Origin: Trypethelium eluteriae
Taxonomy: Eukaryota
Reading direction: 5' to 3'
Length of the DNA: 39,586 nucleotides
Assembly: GCA_051942245.1 (NCBI GenBank)
Contig: JAVECL010000176.1
Coordinates: 1-39,586 of the forward strand
Numbering within the stretch: the first letter of the stretch is position 1; the number at the start of each line of letters is the position of its first letter. The notes under the pieces were generated by a model. It did not search any database. It worked only from the letters and a program-made list of their open reading frames with translations, and was not told the origin of the DNA. Position numbers and translations under genes: made by a program. Shown one piece after another: positions 11,014 to 23,400 of this stretch.

Positions 11014-12022
11014 ATGACTGATCCATCTCTTTACACATTCCCTTCCCCACTTGAAGGCTTCGAAAACTTACCATCTCTGCCTGAGTATGTAGTATTCTTC
11101 GTTTCAGCGGACAGGCCCCCTTTTGTATTTTCATAGACTTCGAGATTATTGAAAAAGATCGATGTAAAACTCCTGGGCTCTGTCTCCATCCACTCTCTGT
11201 AACTTCTTCGACATCCGTATGGTCGTCCTAGCTCTCAAGCAATGCATCTCTCTAAAATTGAGATTCTCCCTTTCTTCGCCACTAAACAAGAACATTATTT
11301 CACTAGCATATCACTCACGAACTTGTCTTTCATCTTCTAGAGAGCGTGCCGCGGATGGCAAATCCTTCGTCAACCCGCCTTCCGACAAGAAAAGTCTAGC
11401 ATACACGCAGTTTGTCAGTCCTATCGGGAATGATAATCGTGGTGGTTTCGACATACACATTTATTTCCTTCAAGTCGATGCAGCGCAAGTCACATTCGCG
11501 AATGAGCTCTGGGAAAGGATCCGACGGGAATGTAAGTCACCTCTGCTCGCCAACTCTACATAGCCGTTCAGTCGGTCCTGCCTTAGCGCCATCACGCGTG
11601 CAGTAGTCAAACAACCGGGTAAGAGATATATGCGGAATCGCTAACGCTATACAGTCCCGGAGCTCCGCATTTATAAGGTCTGGGACCGTCCCGTCGGCCC
11701 CCACCCGATCGCCATGTTCGAGGTGAACATATTCACTCCAGGTTCGTAATGGCTTCATCGTCTGGCCTAGCTCTCCCTTGAATATCCTGATAACACAACG
11801 CTGACGTTATTTATCCATGTAGAACAATTTGGCGCCTTCATTCCCTGGCTCATCATCCATCGTGGTCCGCTCTCGGCGCTTATCCATCCAAATACTGGGG
11901 ATTTTGTGCGGGACCATTCCCAGCGGGCAACGTGGATGGGGGAGCCGCTACCGTTGAATCTTGGAATGTTACGGCGGCTGGCGGAGGAGAGAAAGTCAGC
12001 TCAGGATGGCAAGAAGGAGTAG
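11014..12022 (+). CDS. DOPA 4,5-dioxygenase family protein; exons 11014-11084, 11341-11531, 11655-11741, 11823-12022
   Basis: Spliced protein MTDPSLYTFPSPLEGFENLPSLPE|ERAADGKSFVNP...GGFDIHIYF...WERIRREF|PELRIYKVWDRPVGPHPIAMFEVNIFTPE|QFGAFIPWLIIHRGPLSALIHPNTGDFVRDHSQRATWMGEPLPL. The His-containing family motifs DIHIY, GPHP, IHPNT and RDH are present. Confidence 0.9.
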
Positions 12023-12343
12023 ATGGGGCTAATAACTGGACCGAAAATTGATGAAGTTATTGCTTGGCATGCTTGCGATTTTTCGTGGCACTCATTAGTA
12101 AGGGATGTTATTTGCTCTGTTTTGATGCAATATTACGGTGCAAGTTTTGGAGAGCATCTAGCGTGGATTGCGAATTTGAAATAATTTTATTAGCTGGGTA
12201 GAAGTCTATCGCAAATTGAAACAGCTTTTGGTCTTCGCCCGGATACCGAACGCCAGCCAATACATTACCTAGACTCCACTGCTCAGATGCCGCTCTTGCT
12301 AGCATTCACATGCAAGTGTCGATATTCCCGACCCACTACGGCG

Positions 12344-14079
12344 TCACCTCCCCACACCCTTTGTAACTGTCTGGAACGCCGTAAGCGTCTCCTTCGCCTC
12401 TGTCGTAGTCGTCGTAACAGTGACAGTTTTCGGTGCATTGGTGTCGATCGGTACGATCGTGATACCTCCTCCCGCCGCCGAAGTCGTTACGCTGGGACCG
12501 GCAGGACTGCCGCTGGTATTTGCGCTTCCGCTTCCGCTCCCGCTACTAGCTCCTGCAGAGGGCGTACTTGACCCAGACGCTATGACCGGTAGCGTTTCCG
12601 ACTGAGACGCAGAAGACGGAGTAGCTGAAGCATGGGGGAAGGAAGATGAGAGTGATGCAGTGGCGGGAGAGCCAACGCCTGACGAATGCTCTCCTGTGGC
12701 AGAGCTGGATGCTGCAGACGTCGCAGATTGCGGTGCCTGCTCGCTGCTTGACGTTGCTTCTGTTGTGGAGGATTGGTAGCCCGGGGGACTGTTGTCGCTT
12801 GCGGATGGTGATGGATTCTGAGCTGATGGACTTGTACTGGACACGATTGATTCCGAGATTCCAGAGCTTTGTGTGGTAGCGGTAGGCGGAACAGTCGTTG
12901 ACAGTGTCAGAGTGTACTCAGTGATTGTAGTAGCTGCGAAAAGTGGAGATGCGGACGTCTCTGACGTTGCACGGCCAGATGCTTCTTCTGACGAGGACAC
13001 GGATGCAGCGCTTAAGGCTGAAGAGAGAGAAGCGGTCGTTGGGCTTGATTGTGAAGTGGATGCGTCGATTGGGGACGAGGTTACAGATGACGTGTCGGGG
13101 GAAAATGGCGAGCTTGCCCTTGGAGATTGAGCAGAAGTTATGGTACTTGAAGTGCTTGAGGAGACACTTGCTGTAATGACCGCTGTTGGACTGCCTGTTG
13201 AGGACGTTTGGTACGAGCTTGCCGGAAGTTCAGTAGAAAGAGACGCTATTGCGGACGTGCTTGACATCGTCTCGTTGCGACAGGATGAACCAGATAGCGG
13301 TGGTTGGCTTGAAACAACTGAACCCAAGGTAAAGCTTCTTGTGTAAGACGTGGTCAGAGATGCTGTCGGCATCCCAGCCTCCTTCTGAGGAGTACTCGTC
13401 TGGTTGCTAACTGTTCCTGCCGCAGCATCGCCAATGAACCCTCCACTAGCAGATGTGGGAGGTGCAATTGATGGACCACTGGAAGGACCGATAAAGCCGG
13501 AATTGGCTGCAGACGTGGGTGGCGGACTGTATGATATAATAAAACTTGAACTCGAAGAACCGGTTTCCAACGTCTGTGATGCCTGGCTCTGGCTGTTGGG
13601 AACATACCCCACAGGCGCGAAAGTTGTGGATTCACTTACGGATGGAGAAGCCGTGGCAACCGCCGAGCCCTGGGTATTGGTGAAGGTAATGGGTGCAGCT
13701 GTCGAAGATGAAACATAGGGATCAAGCGGTACGATTGACAGTGGAGAATTGGCTGATGCTACCTGAACGGTAGGGACTGAATAATTGGCAGGGGGCATGG
13801 AAGATGAACCTGGCAGCGCGGGAGAATCTTGTGAACGAGAGATTATTAGAAGTAGAGAAGTCGTCGCGGATGATGAAAGAGTGCTTGGATCAGCATATAG
13901 AGATGGCTCGGGTGTGGTCGTGTTGTCAAAGCGCCTGTACCTGAAGAGAGTCCGAGTATCAGCAAAACCCGCTCAAGCACTTCTATAAAGACTTACCGGA
14001 GAACGTGCGACAACACGGGGCCAGCTTCAACTTCACTCGCAATCGCGGCAAGCAGCAAGACCGTGGCGGACCAACGCAT
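12344..14079 (-). CDS. Secreted Ser/Thr-rich (mucin-like) protein; exons 14079-13997, 13940-12344
   Basis: Exon 1 encodes a signal peptide (MRWSATVLLLAAIASEVEA-GP). Intron 13941-13996 (GTAAGT..GCTGAT..CAG) joins in frame to YRRFDN and the long S/T/P-rich ORF. Confidence 0.8.
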
Positions 14080-14822
14080 TATGTAAGTATAGAGAAAAGG
14101 AAAGAAATGCCTGTATGCGGGGATTACAGGGCGTCAGAAGGTTAGAATGGATTAAAGACGAGCTGATAATAGGAATCACGTCCTGCGTATCCTGAATGAA
14201 AAGAATGATGGAACGAATGGCAAAAAAAAAGGGCTTCAACACGGGAAAACACGAAATCAAAGAAAGACTGTGCGATGTGCAAGGTGCGGGTATCTTGAGG
14301 AAAGTCGTGTAACTCCCTGGTACATGGTCTCTGTTTTAATGAGCACCTAGACTACTGTAGCATTGGCTGTCGACAGAGTCGATAGTCCTATCAGTGTATC
14401 TCGCTGACTTATGCGCCATTGAAATATATTTGGACCGACGAAAAGAATTGAGGTCCGGCGGCTCTGCATCAGGACGTGTTGTTTTGGAGTGGTGCAGCTC
14501 CGTGATTGGTTGACACGAGTCGCGCGTCTGAAACACTGACCAACTTCCAGTGCGGCCTCGAGAAAAGTCGGTCATCCCCATCCATCCGATTTCAGTCGAC
14601 CGAACATCAACTTTGTTGTTGCATTGCCTAGCATATATCTTCTTCTATTGGTGTTCCGCTTTTTCAGCACAGACACTACGTCTTCAATCTCGAATATACA
14701 CGCTGTCTCAAATCATACCCCTACCACTGCTTGCTCAGGTTGACAGAAATGCAGTCTCCGCCATCCCTTGAGCAGCATCTTGATTGCACTCATGAAACCT
14801 AAAGGAACACTCTATATCTGCT

Positions 14823-15378
14823 TCAGTGCTCCTGTGGAGGTGCGCGATTCTTTGAGTTATCTTCCACCTTCCGCCACCTTACAATGGGGGTCCTCTTCTC
14901 GCCCTACACGCAATCGTGTCATCAGCCTTAATCACTACTCCGCAAGAGCATACAAGCTTACCCTCATGTCCATCGGTCCCGGAGAACTCAAGATCAGGAT
15001 TCTTCCACCTTCTTCAAACTCCCAAGTCCTCTCCTGTGTTGTTCCAATCCATGCTGGAAGACTGCTCACTTCCGAGAAATGCTTAATTATATCTTCCTTT
15101 CCATCTTTTTCAGTGATGTAGAAAGGACCGGAGTATCCGGTATACCTCTTTGCTGATTCCGCCCAGTGCGATTCAGAGACCCAATCAAAGTCTGCTTGGC
15201 CAGGTTCAACGATGTTCGTAGACATATAACCGTCATTGGTGTAAACGAGGAAACCACTGGGACTCTTTCCATAAGGGTACCAAGGTTCAAGCGAGGATCC
15301 AGGAGCTCCGATAGCGACGAAGGATTCTAACCGCCATGTACCCACGAGCCTGGGCCGGAGTGGTTCGGAGTCGGGCAT
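14823..15378 (-). CDS. Lipocalin-like domain protein (Lipocalin_5 type); exons 15378-14962, 14903-14823
   Basis: Motifs LVGTWRLESF, PYGKSPSGFLVYTNDGYMS, YTGYSGPFYI and WIGTTQERTW. Intron 14904-14961 then GEKRTPIVRWRKVEDN...stop. Confidence 0.82.
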
Positions 15379-16089
15379 TTTAATTCAGAAGTGCAAGTAT
15401 CTTTCGCAGTCTTTGTTGCTGAAGAGGACCGCTCACACACTCGTGCTAAAGCAAAGTATCCCAAGGCGTAATTCGCCAAACTGCATTTCCTGTTCGCTGG
15501 TGTTCAGCTCGTTGCCTCATAGCGTCATAGCATGCCACTAGTCTCAATCAGTAAATCGGTGAGATCCGGCTCATCCGCAGCGGTGGAGAATTGCCTGTCT
15601 CGTCTCTCTCTCCGTTTTAGCAAGTATACCCTTCCATCGTTAAGTTGTCTGGCATATATGTGCAAAACCAATCTCAGTAAAGAAGTACAACAACCCGATG
15701 CCTCATGAGGCGCTCAGAGAGGGGCATTTTTGATGACATTCTGGGTAATTGTGAGCAAAAAAGTGTCTCGCTGCGCTTCTTTACCCCCTATTTTATTGCA
15801 TACTACGTGTGTTCAGACTGCATTGCAATTCAATGTAGCTTTGCAGACGTGGTAAATTGGGAGCGGAAGGCTTAGGAAAAGAAAGAGATTGCTTGAAGCG
15901 CCCGTGGTGGTCGGGGCTGGCAACAGAGGTTTGATGGATTTGAGGTAAGTCTTCTGAGAACACGTAGGACGAGATGGCTCGACACAAAAAGAGGCCAGAG
16001 GGAGGCCATGAACTTTTCAGTGGAAGATTTTATTTACATTCCGCAACGTCATATATACAAGAAGTAAACTGGCGTGGATCCCTGGTCAA

Positions 16090-16977
16090 TCATGGGTTCA
16101 AGCTGGTGACTTGTAAATTCTTGAGGGAATAGGTGGTGTCTGCAAAATGGTCAGTATAATTTCAAGTTCATTCCACCTTCCGAATCCTTTGACTTACTCG
16201 TTGTTGGACCGGGAGAGCCTGAAGATCCATCCATCTGCAAGTCCATTATGCTATATACGGTCAGCTCGTCTCTTGCGCAAAGATTTTCCATACTTACAGC
16301 CAAAATCCCGCACCTACGTAACCTTTCCCAACCTGGGTCACAACCTTCGTTCCGTCCAAGTAAAAGGTAATTGAAACGTCTGACCCATTTTCATCTCTGA
16401 GCTCGGCCTTCACATCGTGGAACGCACTCGGATTCGGATAGTTCACGTTCTTCGCAGCAACTTGAGACGACGTGTTGAACGTATTGAACGATATGTCTCC
16501 ATTCCCTTTCCATTCCGCGATATCAATCTCTGGTGGCCATCCCTTCGTCGCTGTTAACCAAAACGCCGGCCAGGTCCCTTTGGTTGTTGTGGCCTGGAAG
16601 CTCCCACTGATGTCGTAACCGCCACCCTTCTCCACTGTCAGGGAATTCTTCGCATATACGGTTCCTGATAGATAGTGGATTGCCACTCCACTGGATGTTG
16701 CCGGTTGCCCTGAGACAGGCTGTGCAGTGAGGGTCAGGGTGCCAGGGGTTTTGATGGTGATGTAGTCGTGGTCGGAACTATTGCCGACCATGCGGGCAGC
16801 ACCATTGTGGTCGCTACCCCATGGATACAAGTAGTTGAAATACTGTTGGAAGGCGGAATAGTCGTTGAAAACGGTTGTTGGGATGACCGTGGTCTCTGCC
16901 CGTTTGGAAACGGGAGTAAGGAGGACCGAGGCAGAAGCGCCAAGCATAAGAGCGCTTAAAATGAGCGACGAAACCAT
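16090..16977 (-). CDS. Secreted glycoside hydrolase family 16 (ConA-like fold) protein; exons 16977-16298, 16250-16198, 16139-16090
   Basis: Signal peptide MVSSLILSALMLGASA, then GTWPAFWL and the catalytic WPPEIDIAEW (E-x-D-x-x-E). Introns 16251-16297 and 16140-16197 give the C-terminus LIMDLQMDGSSGSPGP..YSLKNLQVTSLNP*. Confidence 0.88.
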
Positions 16978-18306
16978 GACTGACAATTTCGAAAGCGAAG
17001 CCTATGAGACCTACCTAACAAAATGTAGGCTTGTAGCAGGCTGCAGCTGGTCTTTTAAGAGCAGCGCGGAAGTCTCTAAGCGCGAATTACAATGAAACAG
17101 CATCCCATATACTAAATGTAATTGAAGCATTTTGCCGGGCTTACTGACAATTAATAGATTGAAGGTTCACTTAGCTTTGTCTCTCCTAGTACGTTTGCTA
17201 GGATCATGGATGCGGTTGTCTGTTTTTCCAACAGTCGGAGGACGAGCTACAGTTTTATGACCCCTCGTGAAGATCTCGTTTCAGAAACATTAATAAGGGC
17301 TCCTCTTCACGCCCCAGTCATTGTTACATCGACTTGTTGCTGTGATGCGGAGAACGTTGGATTCGTTATGACGAGAAGAGTGCTTGATTTACCCCAGATT
17401 CTCTTGGCGCTGCATCGCGTTCACTTCGCAGGTATGACTTCGCCGTTTTTGGAGGAGCAATAAACTTCAATGGGATAGTCTGTGATTCTACACATGTCTG
17501 GCATAACCAAAACAGGTAGGCCGACGGAGTGAAAGGGAACTGCTATGAAATCCTACCTAAGAAGGTTAGACGTTCTGATATTTGCCGGAGCCACTCTTTC
17601 AGCAACCTTGAAGTCTGGGAGAAATACTTCGCGCGATATGGATCACGGTCGCATCTAGAGACACTCGTGACACTGCCTATGGGGGCAAGTTTCGGGTCGA
17701 TCAGCCAAGTCAAAAGTTTGGCCGATCACGACTCACTCCTGAACAGTTGAGCTCGTCTGTTTGCAGACCACCATCCGGAAATTGCCCCGGCGTGCCTATG
17801 CAAATCCAAGACGGGATTTGCAGTGTTTTTGGAGATAGATAGGTTGCATGACATTGGTCAAGATTGATCTCTCTAATAGAATACCGAGGAATTCGGAATG
17901 CCTTATTGCACATGAAAGTCACGTCGCGGTGGAAAATGAGACCATAGCTGATGAGTTCACCAGCGTTAAGGATAATTCAAATCTTATTGAGTGAGTACAA
18001 GTTACGGCTCTTGAAGCGACCGCATTGGTGTTGGGCGTGAAGTTTGCTCCTCGAGGCCAGCTACGACACTATATAGATTGCGTTCATTACTGCATCTCTA
18101 GCTGCCACTGGGCCTCACAGAGTGCTCCTTGATATATCCAAGAACCCGAAATGTCCACCTGCTCCTCTCCTCGGGGTATCGAATCCAATATAATACAATT
18201 GAACTGCTATGATGTTCAGAATTCCTTGACTGCCGGAAGCAGGTGCAGAATCGACTCCAGACCCGCCAAGAAACTTCGGGCACATACTAATATCCGAAGC
18301 CAGATC

Positions 18307-20311
18307 TCATTCCTCTTCCAGCGAAAAGTCGAAAGCCTTGAAAACCTTCTTAAACTCCTCTGCATCTCCTACCTCATCCTCATGACTTTGACCGCAATCC
18401 TGCCATTGCATCCGGCTCTCCAAACCAAGCAATTTTGCCATTACCTTCCTCCCAAATTGAAGATCAAATCTGAATGAGTCGTCCAATACCAGATACATCT
18501 TGGTCTCCTTTCCCGTCACGACCTTTCCATCTACGTCTCCAACCCCTTTCATCTCCACATCCTCCCCTGCCCCGTTGCGCCCGTTTTCTTTACCTGTGCC
18601 CATTTCATCCAGCGCTTTGGACTCGGACTCGGACTCAGGCGCCCATACCACCACGCGAAAGAAATCATCTGGCGCGCTCTCTAAGCCGTCTCCGGGATCC
18701 CCTATTCGAAACACCGGAAACTGCTGGTTCTCTGCAGAAACCTTAAATGCTGCGTCTACCAGGCCCTTTCGTACCAGCTCAGCCGAAACAGGCAGATACT
18801 GCCAATGCGTATGTACGCCTTTACTTCGACTCACTTCCCAAGTCACCGAGCCCAGCACACCTGCTGCTCTGTCCGCAAGCATAGAGTTCAAAGCGCCCTG
18901 GTACCGGCGCATCTCCTGATATGTCGACCGCTGCGACTCGGGATCCGAGATCGAGGCGATGGTTGGTGAATGCGTCAGCGGGATAATGAGCATGTGGCCA
19001 GGAAATGGCAGCGAGGGGAAGGTTTCGGCGGTACTGAGGGGGCCTTTGGAGGTCGTGAGATAGACGTCGGAGCCGATGGAGGTGATCAGGTGGGTGGCAA
19101 GGGTAGGACTAGAAAGACAGAAGTAGCATTCTGATGGGGCTGGTGGAGGAGCGCGGCGGTTGCGCTTGGAGGGGCGGTAGCGGTCGGTGTGAGGGCTAGA
19201 GTAGGAGTGTGAATGCGTGTCATCTTGGGCGAAGCGAGAAAACGGCACTGAATCTGCCGCAGCACGCTTTTTGGAATTGAAAGAGAGAGGTGAGGCGGTT
19301 GTGCCGGTGGGAATGGTAACGGGTGGCGCAGCTTGTGGGTCGAGATTGAAAGCGTAGATCCATTTAGCTTTGTGGGGATTGCCAAAAGGGGCGAGGCTGA
19401 TGAACCGCGTAACAGGATAGGCATCTGGTGCAGCTTCGGTGGGAGCATGGAAGAAAGGCTCGCGTTCGTAGAAGGAGGCAGGAGTGGTAGAGAAGTGATA
19501 TTTAGGCTTCAGAGTAGAGCAGAGATCCGCGATGCATGATTGTTCCACTGGATTCGGGAGGGCAAGCTCCACTTTGGATCCACTTCGTATTCCAAAAGGC
19601 CATTGACTCGTGATCAAGAGCTCTGTCGATCGAACTTCCTGGAGCGCCTTCGCATCATCTTCGTTGTAGAAAGGTGGATATTTGTCTTTGGATACTCCTA
19701 TGATATTAGGATCGAGTGAGCCTCCCAGGGCGGTGATTATTATTCCCTCCGAAGTCTTGATCGTAGTCCGCTTTCCGAGAAAATAGAGGTTGGTGCACAC
19801 CTCTCCGCCATTAGATTCGAGCTTTTCCACGATGCGGTCTGGGAGTGGAAAGGCTCCAATGGCAAAATAAAGTGGAAGAGCAATCTCGATCTTGCCATCT
19901 ATCAATGCAGTCACAAATTCTTCGTCTTCAGTAGTAGTGCTTAGAGGATCTGCGAATAGATCGCCTGCTATGATGCCAAATGAAAAGTTATTCTTCGCGT
20001 GGAGAGCTGCGATCTTCTCAAACACCGTCTGAAATTGTCCATTGATAGATCCAGTGACGAAGCTAATGCAGGTCAGCATGTAGTTCCGCGATGCTCAGCG
20101 CAAAGCCGATCCACGAGTATCTTTCCGCTCTCGATGAATAGATCCATTTAACGTGGGAAAAGTGATGTTTACATAGGATTAGGAAATGTGATATTTTGCT
20201 TCTTTGATAGGAGCTCTTGACACATTATGAGAAGAGCTTGATTTTCGCTGGTAGTTTTCCTAAATCAGGACATGGAAATATTACTTACATCTTCGAAGAT
20301 TGCGAGGCCAT
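18307..20311 (-). CDS. DRN1: CWF19-like protein 1 / Drn1 (degenerate metallophosphoesterase plus CwfJ domains); exons 20311-20289, 20062-18307
   Basis: Exon 1 MASQSSKI is spliced over a 226-nt intron (GTAAGT..GCTGAC..TAG) to FVTGSINGQF. Motifs include LKPKYHFS..FYEREPF, TRFISLAPFGN, CwfJ CYFCLS, GHMLIIPLTH, HTHWQYLPV and FDLQFGRKVMA. Confidence 0.88.
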
Positions 20312-20477
20312 GAGAGATATTAGAGATCGATCGACCCGGGCAAACGAAGCCTATGAACCTTGGGGAGGCGATAGGGCTGAAGCTTCGGCTAAATATTCTT
20401 CCGGTCTTGGATGTAAAGATCTGAAGAAAGTTTTCGGACGCAACCTTTGCCAGCAACGTCATTTACCGAGAGCCAGC

Positions 20478-23400
20478 ATGGTGGTGGGGATGAGGGGACG
20501 AGGCGTAAAGCCTATTAACAAAATTGTCAAGATCAAGAAACACAGCACACCATCTAGCAAAAAGCACCATTTCGAGTCCTTTACGCAGCGCATCGCCAAG
20601 CTCAGTATCAATCCCGTTCGTCGAGCCCGTCGTTACGATCTAGACGAAACTGAGCACCAAGCGGTGAACTCATATTTCAGGTCATCTCTGCAAGAATGGC
20701 AGGATCTCAACCTCACCGAGAACTTCACATTATTCGCGCGAGTCGTCCAACCTTTATGCGAAAGCCTACCTCAAATCCTTCATCACCAGGATCGCATTGT
20801 GGATACACTGGTGACATACCTTGAGAAGGGGGATGCTCTGAGCCTACAGCCTCTCCTCAGCCTGGTAGCTCATCTTGCGCATGATCTGGGCACGAAGTTT
20901 GAGAAGCATTTTGGAAGAATCTTTACAGTAATTTCGAGGATCGCGTCGGCGCAAAACCAAAATATCGAGGTCGTAGAATGGAGCTTCAACTGCCTAGCAT
21001 GGCTGTTCAAGTATCTCTCGAAGCTACTTGTTCCGGACCTACGGCCCTTGTTTGATCTTGCGGCTCCACTTCTCGGCAAGGAACGCCAGAAACCATTTGT
21101 TGCAAGGTTCGCAGCAGAAGCAATGAGCTTCCTCATTCGAGAAGCTGCTAGAATTTACGAACGCGATCTACGTCCGTTAGATCTCATTGTAAGTCATGCA
21201 TTGGAGGATCTGATTGCTACAGCGGAATCTGGAGATGCCACATTGTATTCGCAAGGCTTGATGACATTATTTGCTGGCTCTGTCAATGGCGTGCAAAAAG
21301 GCTTGTATCCAAATGCAACATCTACCATCCGGTGCCTTGCGCAGCACACTGTGCACCTCTCCAGGCCGGACGATGCCTTGAGCTATTCTCCGGATGAAGT
21401 GCTCCTTGGTGTCTTGACTTCAGTGAGCCATCATGCAAATGATGAGAGCTTTCATACAGTCATGGAATTGCTGCTGGGCGACCTTGATGCAGATCTCAGA
21501 TCAGATGCTGTGCATCGATCTCTCTTGGCAGAAGTTCTATTCGTTATTGTGTCTACAAGGCATAGAAAAAAAGGGCTTTCCTGGTCCTCAATCGTCACCT
21601 CATTCGATCGATTGGTTAAGTGCTCAGCAGGTCCTAGTCTACCCCCCGAAACTACATTAAAGAAGGTCATGCGGACATTTGCCTTAATTATTTCTTTTGC
21701 TCCTCTTGATTGCATGATACCCTATTTGCATTTGCTTGATCTCTTGTCTTCACAACCATGGGAAGAGTACTTCCTACCTTTGTGCATCTGTTCCGCCGAG
21801 CTCAGTGTAGAGCGTTTCCAGGGTTTACTGCTGCCGCATTTCAAGAGGTTCGGAGCTTACCAACTCCCCTTAACTTTGTGTTGCTAATACTTGCAGATTC
21901 TTCCTATGGAAATGGGACACATATCATGAAAATCTCACTGCTATTCTCCCCGTGTTGATCTCAAAGTCCCTTCACTCGGAGTCGGCTTTCACCATATCAA
22001 GTGCTGTGCAGCGGGACATACTGAATACCTTTCGCGAACTTCAGACTGCAAGCCAGGACGAAAGGATATCCGACGAGTTATTGTGCCAATGTAACGGCTA
22101 CCTAGATCTTCTGGATGTTGCCAAATTTGACTCAGATGAACGGAATATAATTCTGTTGTCTCTGCAGCGCCTACTTGAGCGTGCCTTGAACGATAATCGT
22201 ACACATCACATCACAACTTCGATGGCTTTCGCTGCTGGCAGAGGATTTTCTTACTTGGTATCTGATCCAAGAGCCCTCCAACGGATCTCCACGCTTTGGA
22301 CTCACGTTTGCGAAAGTAGTAGCAAGTTCAAAAATGTCCCTGGATTTATGCAAACAGTCCGACATATTGTCAAGCAATCTGACACAACTTTTGATGGAAC
22401 CCTTGAAGGAAGTCACATAGAAATTCTAATTGAGTCGATTGTCGATTGCCTCCAAAGTCCATCTCATGATCTCAGGCTTGCTGGCCTCGAATTGTTGGAG
22501 GCAGTCTACACAACGAGACTGGGCCACGGCAACGATATCATCTCTATTGCCCTATCCATTGAGAGATCGCCCCTTGACATTCAGTCATTGCGCGCCGCAG
22601 CAATGCACACGCGGAGACTTGCCTCGAGATACTCTTCGGACATGGACCCTTGGTTACAAAAAGCCATTCCGGCCTACTGCTTCGGTTTACTGCATGTGAA
22701 TTTAAGACCACTGTGGGATGATGCTTGCAATGCTCTGAAAGAGATGTCGAGCACAGCGGTGGGGGACGAGACAATAGCGGATATGGCATTGGCTTGGATA
22801 CGGGGGGGAGATGCAAGCGCTGAACAAGATGTGGAATCGTCGACTCCGACGGAGTCTTCACCAGAAAAGCAAATGCTGTCAGATTTCGAGGACACAGAGA
22901 TTTTAAGACTTGAGGCTCTCTTTCAACACGCAACGAATACTGTGGAGGCTTCGTACGATCAGCTTAGAATTTCCCTTAGGAAGCGCACCAAACCAAGGCC
23001 AACGATAACTGATCGCTGTCTCCCTCAGGCCCTACGCGTGCTGAACAAAATACCAACCGTTGCAGAGAAGCGGTCACGAGCGGTCGTACCTCTTCTCTTA
23101 GAATGGGTAAACGAGAAAGATGCTACGGAGAGTGGGCAGGTGTCCGGCTCAGATACCATTGCTCATGCTCGGTGGTCACGCGAAGATCGGAAAGCCATGC
23201 TGGGTATCTTTGCGCAATTTGTCAACCCGAAAGTCTTATATCAGTCGGGCGAGGCCTACGAGGCGCTACTTACACTTCTCTGTAATGGTGATGCTGGCAT
23301 CCAAAGACCTGCTCTTAAGGCCATCCTGACATGGAAGCAACCAAGCGTCAAGCGCTATGAGGAGCATATCATGAACATTCTAGAAGACGCGAAATTTCGC

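Noticed and set aside
20217..20477. N-terminal extension of UTP20, including an in-frame ATG at 20310 that shares a CATG palindrome with the DRN1 start codon
   Set aside because: It overlaps DRN1 exon 1 and the shared promoter, and recognisable Utp20 sequence begins only after ATG 20478. Probably a chance open frame.
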